A stretch of DNA of 64,000 nt from NCBI RefSeq assembly GCF_963921235.1, contig NC_086097.1, forward strand, positions 255,504,001-255,568,000. Direction: 5' to 3'. The DNA comes from Mobula hypostoma. Its lineage: Eukaryota. This document shows positions 1 to 14,212 of this stretch, one piece after another. A program made the translations under genes and the position numbers. The notes below the pieces were generated by a model that saw only the letters and a list, made by a program, of their open reading frames with translations, had not been told where the DNA came from and made no database searches. Position 1 is the first letter of the stretch; each line of letters starts with the position of its first letter.

Positions 1-612
1 GGGCTTGTACTCATTGAAATTTAGAAGAATGTGTGGGAATCTCATTGGTGTGCAGGCATTTATTAGTTTGACGATTGAGTTCAAGAACCATGTGGTAATG
101 TTGCAGTTCTATAAACTTCTGGTTGGATTACACTTGGAATATTGTGCTCAGTTCTGGTCACCTCATTATTGGAACAATGTGGAAGCTTTAAATAGGGTGC
201 AGAGGAGATTTACTAGTATACTGTCTGGATTAGAGAGCATGTCTATGAGGAAAGGTTGAGTGAGCCAAGGCTTTTCTCTGGAGCAAAGGATGATGAAAGG
301 TGACGATAGAGGTATACAAGATGAAATGCACAGATTGTGGACAGCTACAGACTTTTTCCAGGGTGGCAATACCAGAGGACACTTACCACAGGCAAATCAA
401 GGGGAGACATCCTTTTTTTAAATACACAAAGTGGTGGGTGACTGGAACGTACTTCCAGAGGTACAATAGGGGCATTTTACAGTCTCTTAGAAAGGCACAT
501 GAATGTAAGAAAGTTACAGGATTGTGAACTGTGTTGGAGGAAAGATTTTTGGAGGTTTCTATCCATTGGCACAACATTTTGGGTTGAAAGTCCCATTCTG
601 TCCTGTGTTCTA
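1..612 (+). mobile_element. Degraded CR1 LINE 3' end
   Basis: HLEYCAQFWSPHY...RVQRRFT CR1 ORF2 C-terminal motif and a tail ending ...GTGTTCTAT. Confidence 0.8.
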
Positions 613-659
613 TTAACGAAACATATTTCCTAATAAATCCAACCGATTTAACTCGTTCA

Positions 660-908
<249 letters not shown>

Positions 909-1109
909 TCAGTTGATTTTAGATCATGGGTTTCATGAACAAGACAAGCATTTACTGCCCTTGTGGCTTGCTAAGCTCTTTCAGAGGCATGCAAGGCCGC
1001 GGCAAAAGTACACAGAGCAGCTTTGTGCAGGTAGGTCTAGATCTAATAAAAAAAAAGCGATAAGCCAGATAAGTAGAGGCCCCTAAAACTAACCTCGGCC
1101 ACAGAAGTT

Positions 1110-2060
1110 ACAGTGGGAGATGCTACTTGACCAATCTGATTGTAACCTACTTGGTATTCAATGTCTGGTTGATGCAGTCAACATGGACTTCAGAAAGGCT
1201 TTTGACAGGTCTCTGAAGATGGGTTCAATACATCACAGCTTATGTGATGCAAGGCACGTTGGCAAACCTGATCCAAAACTGGATTGGTAATGAGATGGAG
1301 AGGATTCCAAAGGGCTGACTTTGTGAATGGAAGCATGTGATAACTGGGGTACCATAGCCATCTGTGTTGGGATCCTCACTGCTTGAAATAATCAGTACAT
1401 TAATTATGAAAATCAATATAGAAGATATGGTCATTTTGCAGATGACTCAAAAATTGGCAATTGTTTGGAAAATGAGGATGATTTTAAGGTATGATCAGCT
1501 GGCAAAATGTGCAGAGAAATGGTAGATGGAATTTAATTTTTTGGGTCAAACACAATGTACCATAGGGTCTCAAGTAACAAAGAACAGGGGTGTCTTGATG
1601 TACAAATACAAGAGCCCCTGAAGGTGGAAGTCCAAGCAAACAAGGTACCAAAGCTGGCGTACAGGATACCTGCCTTCATTAGCTAAGGCACAGAGTACAA
1701 GAGCGGAGATAATAGTACTGCTTCATAAAACAGCGATTAGGTTACAGTTGAAGAATTGTGTACATTTCCGGTCACCACACTATTGGAAGGACCTGATTAC
1801 TAAAACTAAAGATACTAACATTAAGGTAAAGGATAAGTAGTTCGGAAGAAATCCAAGGAAGATCTTTTCTCGTTAAAGAGCATGGAACACTGTCTGAATG
1901 GGTAGTACGAGAAAGACTCTTGCAATTGGTTCAGCATCCAGATAACCACCTAAATCACTAAGGCAGACAGGCTACAGACCAAGTACTGATAAATGTAGTA
2001 CAGATAGGTATTTGGTCAGTAGGGGCATGGTGAGCTGATGGGCCTAATCCCATATTGTGT
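1110..2060 (+). mobile_element. Old CR1 LINE RT/3' fragment
   Basis: Decayed GACTTCAGAAAGGCTTTTGAC (DFxKAFD), TTTGCAGATGAC (FADD) and 3' UTR motifs. Confidence 0.7.
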
Positions 2061-2373
2061 GATCAGAAGTGTTAACTACATTGCCATCTCTGCAGGCACA
2101 TATGGCCCTGTTCTAGGATGGCAAGAGAGGGCATTATTAACAGTTTCATGGCCACTAGTGTCAACTTGAATTTTCTAAACTTCAAATTATTCACTAAGTT
2201 TATGCTGTCTAGTTGCTGTGGTACTACTTGAACTTAAATTGTTAGATAGTTTACCCTGACCACCCAGGTAATTAAACTACGATATCCTTTAACAGATCCC
2301 TGTTGACTGCTTTCCACTTAGAAAAGCACAGATTAATCCAAGTTATACTATTTCTCCGAACAGACCTAACTCC

Positions 2374-4260
2374 TCCAGAGTGCTTAAGGAAGTAGGCCAA
2401 GAAATAGTGCATGCATTAGTGATAATTTTTCAAAATTCGTTAGATTCTGGACTAGTTCCTGAGGATTGGAGGGTGGCTAATGTAACCCCACTTTTTAAAA
2501 AAGGAGGGAGAGAGAAACCAGGGAATTATAGACCGGTTAGCCTAACGTCGGTGGTGGGGATACTGCTGGAGTCAGTTATCAAGGATGTGATAACAGCACA
2601 TTTGGAAAGCAGTGAAATCATCGGACAAAGTCAGCATGGATTTGTGAAAGGAAAATCATGTCTGACGAATCTCATAGAATTTTTTGAGGATGTAACTAGT
2701 AGAGTATATTTGGATTTTCAAAAGGCTTTTGACAAGGTCCCACACAGGAGATTAGTGTGCAAACTTAAAGCACACTTTATTGAGGGTAAGGTATTGATGT
2801 GGATAGAGAATTGGTTAGCAGACAAGAAGCAAAGAGTGGGAATAAACTGGACCTTTTCAGAATGGCAGGCAGTGACTAGTGGGGTACTGCAAGGCTCAGT
2901 GCTGGGACCCCAGTTGTTTACAATATATATTAATGACTTGGGTGAGGGAATTAAATGCAGCATCTCCAAGTTTGCAGATGACACGAAGCTGGGCCGCAGT
3001 GTTAGCTGTGAGGAGGATGCTAAGAGGATGCAGGGTGACTTGGATAGGTTGGGTGAGTGGGCAAATTCATGGCAGATGCAATTTAATGTGGATAAATGTG
3101 AAGTTATCCACTTTGGTGGCAAAAATAGGAAAACAGATTATTATCTGAATGGTGGCCAATTAGGAAAAGGGGAGGTGCAACGAGACCTGGGTGTCATTAT
3201 ACACCAGTCATTGAAAGTGGGCATGCAGGTACAGCAGGCGGTGAAAAAGGCAAATGGTATGCTGGCATTTATAGCGAGAGGATTCGAGTACAGGAGCAGG
3301 GAGGTACTACTGCAGTTGTATAAGACCTTGGTGAGACCACACCTGGAGTATTGTGTGAGATGCAAAGGGACTTGAGAGCTCTTGTGCAGGATACCCTGAA
3401 GGTTAACCTCCAAGTTGAGTCTGTGGCGAAGATGGTAAATGCAATGTTAGCATTCATTTCTAGAGGTTATGGAATACAAGCACAGGGATGTGATGTTGAG
3501 GCTCTATAAGGCACTCATGAGACCACACTTGGTGTATTGTGAGCAGTTTTAGGCTCCTTATTTTAGAAAGGATACACTGACATCGGAGAGGGTTCAGAGA
3601 AGATTCACGAGAATGATTCCAGGAATGAAAGGGTTACCATACGAGTACAGAGGCAGGGAGGTACTACTGCAGTTGTACAGGGCCTTGGTGAGACCACACC
3701 TGGAGTATTGTGTGCAGTTTTGGTCCCCTAATCTGAGGAAAGATATTCTTGCCATAGAGGGAGTACAAAGAAGGTTCACCAGATTGATTCCTGGGATGGC
3801 AGGACTTTCATATGATGAAAGACTGGATCAACTAGGCTTATACTCGTTGGAATTTAGAAGATTGGGGGGGGGAATCTTATTGAAACGTATAAAATCCTAA
3901 AGGGATTGGACAGGCTAGATGCAGGAAGATTGTTTCTGATGGTGGGGAAGTCCAGAACGAGGGGTCACAGTTTGAGGATAAAGGGGAAGCCTTTTAGGAC
4001 CGAGATTAGGAAAAACTTCTTCACACAGAGAGTGGTGAATCTGTGGAATTCTCTGCCACAGGAAACAGTTGAGGCCAGTTCACTGGCTATATTTAAGAGG
4101 GAGTTAGATATGGCCCTTGTGGCTACGGGGATCGGGGGGTATGGAGGGAAGGCTGGTGCAGGGTTCTGAGTTGGATGATCAGCCATGATCATAATAAATG
4201 GCGGTGCAGGCTCGAAGGGCCGAATGGCCTACTCCTGCACCTATTTTCTATGTTTCTATG
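2374..4260 (+). mobile_element. Young 5'-truncated CR1 (RT) with an older CR1 segment at ~3358-3641
   Basis: 331-aa ORF with [25 protein letters not shown] and FADD; (TTTCTATG)n tail at ~4245-4260. Confidence 0.92.
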
Positions 4261-4399
4261 GCGCTGGCGAGACACAACAAAGTTTTGCAGGCAGCAAATA
4301 AAACTATTATACTTAAATATACTTTCTCTGAACGACAATCACAGCAATCAGTGCCTGGAATTTTCCTTTGCGATTTATACTTTTTAACGTCTGTATGAC

Positions 4400-7300
4400 C
4401 TGTTAAAGAACTGGAGCTACAATTCAAGGACCCTTAAGGGAAACAGAGATTAAGAGAGGAGCTACGGCGGGGGTGGTAGTCATCCCTAGGTTACAAGAGG
4501 CAGGTGAATGAGTGACTGTCAGGAGAGGGAAGGAAAATAGGAAATAGATGGTCATTCCTCTCAATGACGAGTATGCCAGTTTGGTTACTGTTGAACTGTT
4601 GGGGGGGAGCGGGGATGGGGGGGGTATGACCTACCAGGGTAGCCGAGGGGACCATGTCTCTGGCTCTGAAGCTCAGAAGAGAAAGGGGTAGAGGAGGAAT
4701 AGTGGTGATATGAGATACCGTAGTTGGAGGAGCAGAATAGGAGAGTTTGTGGACACAATAGAGAGACCCAGTCTCGCAGCTGCCAGTCAGGGACGTCTCC
4801 GATCATGTTCACGACATTCCAAGGGGGAAGGTGAACAGCCAGACATCTTGGTATATATTGGTACCAATGACATAGGAAGGAAAGGAGGGAGGTCAGGGGC
4901 GGAGGAGAGAGGGGGCGAGTCAGAACTGAGAAGGAGAGTATCGCAGGCTTTTTCAGATTTTTAAACGGCCAAGCGATTGGGAGCGGAGGAGCTGAAGATA
5001 GCCGGTCAGCTCGCACTCTATAAAAGCAGTTTTGTCTAGTGACGCAGCCATTGTCGGGGTGGACTGAGTTAGAGTGAGACGGCTTTGGCTCAACAGGCTT
5101 CGGTGTACACAGGCAGCTGTGAGGGTAGGTTCCAGTAAGTTGTTGTTTTTGTTCTGTTTGTTCAGAGTAGAGAGAATGCCAGGCAGGATGTTGGAATGCT
5201 CCTCTTGCAGGATGTGGGAAGTCAGGGAGCCCTCCGGTGTCCCTGACAATGACACCTGCAAGAAGTGCGTCCAGCTGCAGCTCCTAACAAACTGCGTTAG
5301 GGAACTGGAGCAGGAGCTCGATGACCTGCGGGTCATTGGGGAGAATGAGGAGATTATAGATAGTAGCTACAGGGAGGTAGTTACGCCAAGGAGCAGCACA
5401 CAGGTAATTGGATTACCGTCAGGCGAGGGAAGGGGAAAGGGCAGGCAGAGCAGGGTTCCCCTGTGGCCATTCCCCTCAACAACAAGTATACCGATTTAGA
5501 TACTGTTGGGGGGAGGGGGGGATGACTTACCCGGGATAAGCTGCGGCAGTCGGATCTCTGGCACCGAGTCTGGTTCTGCAGTGCAGAAGGGAGGGTGGAA
5601 GAAGAGTAGAGCGGTAGTGATAGGAGACTCGATGGTTCGAGGTACAGAAAGGAGGTTCTGTGGTCAAGACAAAGACTCCCGGAGGGTTTGTTGCCTCCCG
5701 GGTGCCAGGGTCAGGGATGTCTCGGATCGCTTGCATGACATTCTGAAGTGGGAGGGTGATCAGCCAGATGTCATGGTACACATCGGTACCAATGACGTAG
5801 GAAGAGTGAGGAGGTCCTAAAGACTGAGTATAGAGAGCTTGGTAGGAAGTTAGAAAGCAGGACCTTGAGGGTGATAATCTCAGGATTACACCTGAACTAC
5901 AAGGGGACCAATATCCTTGCAGGGAGGTTTGTTAGTGCTATTGGGGAGGGTTTAAACTAGATTTGCAGGGGGAGAGGAACCAGAGTGCCAGAGCAGATAG
6001 TGGAGCGGGGGTGAAAATAAATGATGCAAAGTCACAAACAGAAGGATTGTGTGTGGTGGTAATAATCTTCAGAGGTGTGTCTATTTCAATGCGAGGAGTA
6101 TTGTGGGGAAGGCTGACGAGCTGAGGGCGTAGATTGACACCTGGAATTACGACATTATAGCCATTAGTGAAACTTGGCTACATGAGGGGCAGGACTGGCA
6201 GTTTAATATTCCAGGGTTCCGACGTTTCAGACGTGATAGAGGCAGAGGGATGAAGGGTTGGGGGGGGCGGGGTGGCATTGCTAGTCAGGGAAAATGTTAC
6301 AGCAGTGCTCAGGCAGGACAGATTAGAGGGCTGGTCTACCGAGTCCTTATGGGTGGAGCTGAGAAACAGGAAAGGTATGGCCACATTAATGGGGTCGTAT
6401 TACAGACCACCCAATAGTCAGAGGGAATTGGAGGAGCAAATCTGAAGACAGATAGCAGACAACTGCAGGAAACAAAGTTGTGATAGCAGGGGATTTTAAT
6501 TTTCCACATATTGATTGGGACTCCCATACTGTTAGGGGTCTAGATGGTTTAGAGTTTGTAAAATGCGTTCAGGAAAGTTTTCTAAATCAATATATAGAGG
6601 TACCAACTAGACAGGATGCAATATTAGATCTCCTATTGGGAAACGAGTTAGGACAAGTGACGGAAGTGTGTGTAGGGGAACACTTTGGTTCCAGTGATCA
6701 TAATACCATTAGTTTCAACTTGATCATGGATAAAGGTAGATCTGATCCTCAGGTTGAGGATCTAAACTGGAAAAAGGCCAAATTTGAAGAAATGAGAAAG
6801 GATCTAAAAAGCATGGATTGGGACAGGTTGTTCTCTGGCAAGGATGTGATTGGTAAGTGGGAGGCCTTCAAAGGAGAAATTTTTAGAGTGCAGAGTTTGT
6901 ATGTTCTTGTCAGGATTAAAGGCAAAGTGAATAGGAATAAGGAACCTTGGTTCTCGAGGGATATTGCCACTCTGATAAAGAAGAGGAGAGAGATGTACAA
7001 CATGTATAGGAATCAGGGAGCAAATAAGGTGCTTGAGGAATATAAAAAGTGCAAAAAAAACTTAAGAAATCAGGAGGGCTAAAAGACATGAAGTTGCTTT
7101 GGCAGTCCAGGTGAAGGATAATCCAAAGAGCTTCTACAGGTATATTAAGAGCAAAAGGATAGTAAGGGATAAAATTGGTCCTCTTGAAGATCAGAGTGGT
7201 CGGCTATGTATGGAACCAAAAGAAATGGGGAGATCTTGAATAGGTATTTTGCGTCTGTATTTACCAAGGAAACTGGCATAGAGTCAACAGAAATAAGGCA

Positions 7301-10122
7301 AACAAGTAGTGAGGTCATGGACCCTATACAAATTGAAGAGGAGGAGTTGTTTGCTATCTTGAGGCAAATCAGAGTAGATAAATCCCCAGAACCTGACAGG
7401 GTATTCCCTCGGACCTTGAAGGAGACTAGTAATGAAGTTGCAGGGGCCCTGGCAGATATATTTAAAATGTCGGTATCCACGTGTGAAGTGCCAGAGGATT
7501 GGAGTACAGCTCATGTTGTTCCCTTGTTTAAAAAAGGCTCAAAAAGTAATCCGGGAAATTATAGGCCGGTAAATTTGCCATCGGTAGTAGGTAAATTATT
7601 GGAAGGAGTACCAAGAGAGAAAGAAATTAGAAAAGCCAAAAGAAGATATGAGGTTGCTTTGGCAAGTACAGTGAAAATAAATCCAAAGGGTTTCTACAGT
7701 TATATTAATAGCAAAAGAATAGTGAGGGATAAAATTGGTCCCTTAGAGAATCAGAGTGGACAGCTATGTAGGGAGCCAAAAGAGATGGGGGAGATTTTGA
7801 ACGATTTCTTTTCTTCGGTATTCACTAAGCAGAAAGATTATTGAATTGTTTAAGGTAAGGGAAACAAGTATTGTAGATATGAAAACTATGATGATTAAAG
7901 AAGAGGAAGTACTGGCGCTTTTAAGGAATATAAAAGTGGATAAGTCTCCGGGTCCTGACAGGATACTCCCCAGGATCTTGAAGGAAGTTAGTGTGGAAAT
8001 AGCAGGGGCTCTGACAGAAATATTTCAAATGTTATTAGAAATGGGGATGGTGCCGGAGGATTGGCATATTGCTCGTGTTGTTCCATTGTTCAAAAAGGAA
8101 GAGTAATCCTAGAAATTATCGGCCTGTGAGTTTGACGTCAGTGGCGGGTAAATTGATGGAAAGTATTCTTAGAGATGGTATATATAATTATCTGGATAGA
8201 CGGGGTCTGATTAGGAGCAGTCAACATGGACTTGCGCATGGAAAGTCATGTTTGACAAATCTTATTGAATTTTTTTTGAAAAGATTACTAGGAAAGTTGA
8301 CGAGGGTAAAGCGGTGGATGTTGACTATATGGACTTTAGTAAGGCCTTTGACAAGGTTCCACACAGAAGGTTAGTTAGGAAGGTTCAAATGTTATGTATT
8401 AATATTAAAGTAGTAAAATGGATTCAGCAGTGGCTGGATGGGAGATGCCAGAGAGTAGTGGTGGATAACTGTTTGTCAGATTGGAGGCCGGTGTCTAGTG
8501 GTGTGCCTCAGGGATCTAGACTGGGTCCAGTGTTGTTTGTCATATATATTAATGATCTGGATGATGGGGTGGTAAATTAGATTAGTAAGTATGCAGATGA
8601 TACTAAGATAGGTGGAGTTGTGGTTAATGAAGTAGGTTACTGACCTGCTGAGTTCCTCCAGCTTGTTGGGAGGTAAATGCCAGGGCACTGAGGAGTGCAG
8701 TAGAAGAGGGATCTGGGAACACAGATACAAAATTCCCTAAAAGTGGCATCACAGGTAGATAGGGTTGTAAAGAAAGCTTTCGGTACATTGGCCTTTATTA
8801 ATCAATGTATTGAGTATAAGAGCTGGAATGTTATGATGAGGTTGTATAAGGCATTGGTGAGGTCGAATCTGGAGTATTGTGTTCAGTCTTGGTCACCAAA
8901 TTACAAGAAGGATATTAATAAGGTTGAAAGAGTGCAGGGAAGGTTTACAAGGATGTTGCCGGGACTTGAGAAACTCAGTTACAGAGAAAGGTTGAATAGG
9001 TTAGGACTTTATTCCCTGGAGTGTAGAAGAATGAGGGGAGATTTGATAGAGGTATATAAAATTATGATGGGTATAGATAGAGTGAATGCAAGCAGGCTTT
9101 TTCCACTGAGGCAAGGGGAGAAAGAAACCAGAGGACATGGGTCAAGGGTGAAGATGGAAAAGTTTAAAGGGTGTCATTATACACCAGTCATTGAAAGTGG
9201 GCATGCAGGTACAGCAGGCGGTGAAAAAGGCGAATGGTATGCTGGCATTTATAGCGAGAGGATTCGAGTACAGGAGCAGGGAGGTACTACTGCAGTTGTA
9301 CAATGCCTTGGTGAGACCACACCTGGAGTATTGTGTGCAGTTTTGGTCCCCTAATCTGAGGAAAGACATCTTTGCCATAGAGGGAGTACAAAGAAGGTTC
9401 ACCAGATTGATTCCTGGGATGGCAGGTCTTTCATATGAAGAAAGACTGGATGAACTGGGCTTGTACTCGTTGGAATTTAGAAGATTGAGGGGGGATCTGA
9501 TTGAAATGTATAAGATCCTAAAGGGATTGGACAGGCTAGATGCGGGAAGATTGTTCCCGATGTTGGGGAGGTCCAGAACGAGGGGTCACAGTTTGAGGAT
9601 AGAGGGGAAGCCTTTTAGGACCGAGATTAGGAAAAACTTCTTCACACAGAGAGTGGTGAATCTGTGGAATTCTCTGCCACAGCAAACTGTTGAGGCCAGT
9701 TCATTGGCTATGTTTAAGAGGGAGTTAGATATGGCCCTTGTGGCTACAGGGGTCAGGGGGTATGGAGGGAAGGCTGGGTTCTGAGTTGGATGATCAGCCA
9801 TGATCATAATAAATGGCGGTGCAGGCTCGAAGGGCCGAATGGCCTACTCCTGCACCTATTTTCTATGTTTCTATGTTTCTATTAGTGGGGGCTTCTTCAC
9901 ACAGAGAGTGGTGGGAGTGTGGAATGAGCTGCCAGATATAGTGGTAAATGCGGGCTCACTTTTAACATTTAAGAAAAACTTGGACAGGTACATGGATGAG
10001 AGGTGTATGGAGGGATATAGTCCATGTACAGGTCAGTGGGACTAGGCAGAAAAATGGTTCGGCACAGCCAAGAAGGGCCAAAAGGCCTGTTTCCATGCTG
10101 TAATGTTTCTATGGTTTCTATG
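4400..10122 (+). mobile_element. Near-full-length mosaic CR1 (ORF1 with CxxC zinc finger and SGNH esterase; ORF2 APE plus RT), frameshifted, subfamily junction at ~7617
   Basis: CSSC...CKKC; IGDSMVRG and HIGTND esterase motifs; GDFNFP and SDH endonuclease motifs; RT motifs; tail at ~10105-10122. Confidence 0.88.
9170..9881 (+). mobile_element. Young CR1 3' fragment nested in an older CR1
   Basis: 197-aa intact C-terminal ORF and (TTTCTATG)n tail; host CR1 resumes with GGGGGCTTCTTCACACAG. Confidence 0.9.
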
Positions 10123-10184
10123 GGTGGTGGAGGAGAGAGGGGGGAAGAGGAGAAGGTGCTTCAGACACTGTTAGGTGTCACCTA

Positions 10185-10865
10185 AACCTGATGCTTTACA
10201 TCCCAGAGTTCTAAGAGGTAGCTGAAGAGATTGTGGAGGCATTAGTAATGATCTTTCAAGAATCACTACATTGCGGCATGGTTCTGGGGTACTGGAAAAT
10301 TGGAAATGTCACTCCATTCTTCAAGAAGAGAACAAGGGAACAGTAAGGAAATTATAAGTCAATTAGCTTGACCTCAGTGTTTGGGAAGATGTTAGAGTTG
10401 ATTGTTAAGGACTTGGTTTCAGGATACTTGGAGGCACTGGACAAGAGAGGCCAAAGTCTGCATGGTTTCCTCAAGGCAAAATCTTGCCTCACAAATCTGT
10501 TGGAATTCTTTGAAGAAGTAACAAGCAGGAGAGACAAAGAAGAATCAGTGAATGCCGTGTAGTTGGACTTTCATAAGGCCTTTGACCTGCATAAAGCTGC
10601 TAAACAAGTCAAGAGCCAAGGGTATTCCAGGAGCTACTAGCATGAGTAGAACATTGGCTGGTTGTAGGAATAAAGGCATCCTTTTCAGATTTGCTGAGTG
10701 ACTAATGTTATTGCACAGGGGCCTGTGTTGGGACGGCTTCTTTTTACATAATATATCAATGATCTGGATGATGAAATTGATGACTTTGTAGCCAAGTTTG
10801 CAAACAATATGAAGATAGGTGGAAGAGCAGGTAGTGTTGAGAAAGCAGCGAGGCTGCAGAACAAC
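10185..10865 (+). mobile_element. CR1 RT fragment
   Basis: GKMLELIVKD and SCLTNLLEFFEEVT motifs. Confidence 0.8.
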
Positions 10866-10889
10866 AGACAGATTATGTTGGATAAAGGG

Positions 10890-11205
10890 GAATCCATGGC
10901 CTTCTGTCTTCTATCAGATTGCCCCTTCTCCAGCCCTTTAACTCTTTCACCAATTGGCTTTCTAGCTCTTTACTTCACCACTCTACCTCTTCGGTTTCAC
11001 CTATCACCTACTACCTTGTATTTCTTCCTCCCTCCCCCACCTCCTTTTTCCGACCTGATCTTTTTTCTCCAGATCTGATGCAGGGTCTCAGCTCAAAATA
11101 TCAACTGTTTACTCTTTTCCACAGATAATGCCTGGCCTATTAAGTTCTTCTAGCATTTCCTGTGTGTTGCTTGGATTTCCAGCACCTGCAGATTTTCTTT
11201 TGTTT
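10890..11205 (+). mobile_element. Degenerate Penelope-like terminal repeat
   Basis: Pyrimidine-rich tract, decayed CTGATGCAGGGTCTCAGCTCAAAA hammerhead remnant and TTCCAGCACCTGCAGATTTT end, as in the better copies in this window. Confidence 0.6.
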
Positions 11206-12535
11206 TTGACCACATTATAGGAGACAATTTAACTTGAATGGCTTGGGTTGCACCAAAGTACACCAGTTTTACTGTGGGACTGTGGTCCACCCATAACCTG
11301 CCCATGGTCAGAACAGTGTCAGTAACTAGGTAAATTGATGGTCATGCTCAGTCAAAAATCATTACTGATACAAGGCTTGCAGCATCTTCACAGAGGTCAC
11401 TAAGAAACTACAGAAATTAAAATCTGTGCATAATATTCCACTCGATTGTGAGTGAACAGAAGTCTGCCTGCAATAGAGGGTCACTCTACCAACTCCAATT
11501 ACAGAACATCATTTCTTTATATCAACTCAAATAATGATGTCACTCTACCAGCTTTTAAAACAAGCTCTTTGGCCCATCTACTCTGGTGAACTATTATTTT
11601 TCCACTAAGACTAGCTCCTGATGGTTGCATGTACACAACACTAAGCAACTAATCAGGAGAGATTGTTGCTGATTTCAAACCTAACAGAAAATAAAGCAGA
11701 CATTTCCATCAGACAGTGGTGAGATCACATCTGCGGTATCATCACTAGTATTGCTGTGGCTGTTTAAAGATATCAATGTGCTAGCAGCAATTCAGAGACC
11801 TACTAAACAGATACTTGGAAAGGTCAGATTGCCTTGCAAGTAAATATTTGACAACCTAAGCTTGTATTAATTTAAATTGAGAGGGGACATGATTGGAATA
11901 TCTGAAAGGATCCTGAAAGAATGTGCATTGAAAACAGATTTCCTCCTGTAGTAAAGTCTATAATGAGAAATATATTTAGAAAACCAGGTCTCCCTGAGAA
12001 AATGCCATCAAATCTTTAAAAGCTTCATGGAGCATATTTAGATTGACCTAATGGAAAAAATGGAGGTGGAATACAAAAGTTACAGAGGAAGGAAAAAAAG
12101 CTTGTCGTCTTAAAGATTTGATGAAACTTTCAGAGGGTTGACTCTCTTTGCAATGGTTTTCCTCAAAGTATGGTGGGACCAGAGTTTATGAATATCTTAA
12201 AGATTAAGGTAGATAAATAAGACAATAAAACATAGGACATAATTAGCCCATTCATCCCCTCAAGTCTGTTCCACTACTCTATTATGGCTGATTACCCCTC
12301 TGAACTCCATTCTCCTGCCTTCTCCCCTTAACATTTGATGCCCTAAGAACCAATGAACCTCTCAACCATCACTTACCCATTTTCACTTCATTCACCTCAA
12401 TCTCGCCTCCCCAGTTCTATTGTTCACACACTCCAAGGACAATTTATAGCAGCCAATCAACCTATATAAAATATATTTGGAATACAGAAAAACGCAAGCA
12501 CCTGAAGGAAAACTACAGAATTACAGGGAGGAGCC

Positions 12536-13194
12536 AATCGTCACCTCTGATCTGGGCTGACAATTACATGCCCGGTGGCACCTAATTAATTAGCATGTTT
12601 ATTTCAGCTTTTTTCTTAAAGATGTCCTGTGTGCCTCCCGGCTACCGCTGCATTCTCTGGGAATCGGTATCAGTCGGCGGCCCGGAGAGTGGGGGCCACT
12701 GCACCACCCCAACCTCCGATGACTCAGTCTAACACACCATCATCAGTGTGCTCTGCGCTGTCTTCCCGATTCCGGCAAGTAATACTACACTGTACATACA
12801 TTATTTCTACTTTATATAGGCTGTGTATTTTTATGTGTTATTTGGTAAGATTTGGCAGCTTCAGAGCTTTAAGGTTACTGGAGAGAGTGTTTTTGCCGAG
12901 AGCGCTTGCGTGAGATTTTTGCTACAGAGAACAGTGCAGGCAATGATTGTGGAGAAGTATTTCTACTTTATATAGGCTGTGTATTTATCATATCATTCCT
13001 GCTTTTACTATATGTTACTGTTATTTTAGGTTTTGTGTGTTATTTGGCATGATTTGGTGGGTTATTTTTGGGTCTGCGAACGCTCACAAAATTTTCCCAT
13101 ATAAGTAAATGGTAATTGCTTCTTCGCTTTATGACATTCCGGCTTACGAACCGTTTCATAGGAACGCTCTACCTTCAATGGCGGGGGAAACCTG
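12536..13194 (+). mobile_element. Tigger (pogo-like) element terminal fragment with an embedded hAT-MITE arm
   Basis: Ends GGCGGGGGAAACCTG followed by TA; is the reverse complement of 15399-15824. Confidence 0.75.
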
Positions 13195-13204
13195 TACAGA
13201 AACA

Positions 13205-14212
13205 GAGTGGCCATTGTCGGGAGTAGACCAATGGTGAGAGTAGAAGTGACAGGCTTTACCTCAAAACAGGCTTCGGTTTGGAATAGGCGTCGGCTCTGGG
13301 TAAAGCTTCTGTTGAGGTTTCCCTTTTTTTGCCTTTTCTTAATGTACCATTTAAATGGCTGTGGTGTGCTCTTCATGCCAGAGGTTGGAGAACTGGGAGA
13401 GCCAGAGTCTGCGTGATGTGCATTCGGCTGCAGCTCCTCGAAGACCGTGTTAGGGATCTGGAGCAGCAACTGTATGACCCTCGGCTTGTACAGGACAGCG
13501 AGGATACAACTGATCAGAGTTACAGGAAAGTAGTCACCCCGAAGTTGCAAGAGGCAAGTGGCTGGGTGACCGTCAGGAGACACAGAGATGGAAAAGCGGA
13601 GAAACAAGACCACCCAGGTAGTCATTTCTGGACTGCTGCCTGTGCCACGCACCAGTGAGGATAGAAACAGAATGATTTGACAGATAAATGAAATGCGTGG
13701 CTGAGAAGCGTGCAGAGGACAAGGACTCCAGTTCTTGGATAATTGGGATCTCTTCTGGGGGAGGTTTGACTTGATCAAAAGTGACGGTTTGCATCTGAAC
13801 CCGAGTGGAACCAATATTCTCGTGGGCAGGTTTGTTAGAGCTCTTGGGGAGGTTTAAACTAACTTGGCGGGGGGCGGGGGGGCGGGTGGTGGGAACTGGA
13901 GTGATGGGACTCAGGAAAGGACAGATGGAAAAAAAAGATAGCGTGTCGTCAGATTGTCAGGAAAAGCAAGCAGGTGATGGGACTTAGTTGCAACCAACAG
14001 GCTGAGTACCAAATCATTACGGACGCACAGTCAGAAAGGATAGCAAATATGGTACTCAACGTGTTATATCTAAATGCACGTAGTATAATAAATAAGGTGG
14101 ATGATCTTGATGCAATATTACAGATTACCAAGTATGGTGTTGAGGCCATCACTGAATCATGGCTGAAGGATAGTTGCAGTTGGGAGTTGAATATCCTAGG
14201 TTACAAGTTTAT
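13205..14212 (+). mobile_element. CR1 5' portion (ORF1 and start of endonuclease)
   Basis: CVMCIRLQLLEDRVRDLEQQL coiled coil; LYLNARSIINK and ITESWL APE motifs. Confidence 0.8.

Noticed and set aside
11210..11900. Non-repeat intronic stretch as a possible enhancer, snoRNA or exon
   Set aside because: No convincing box motifs, splice-site pair or ORF; needs comparative alignment
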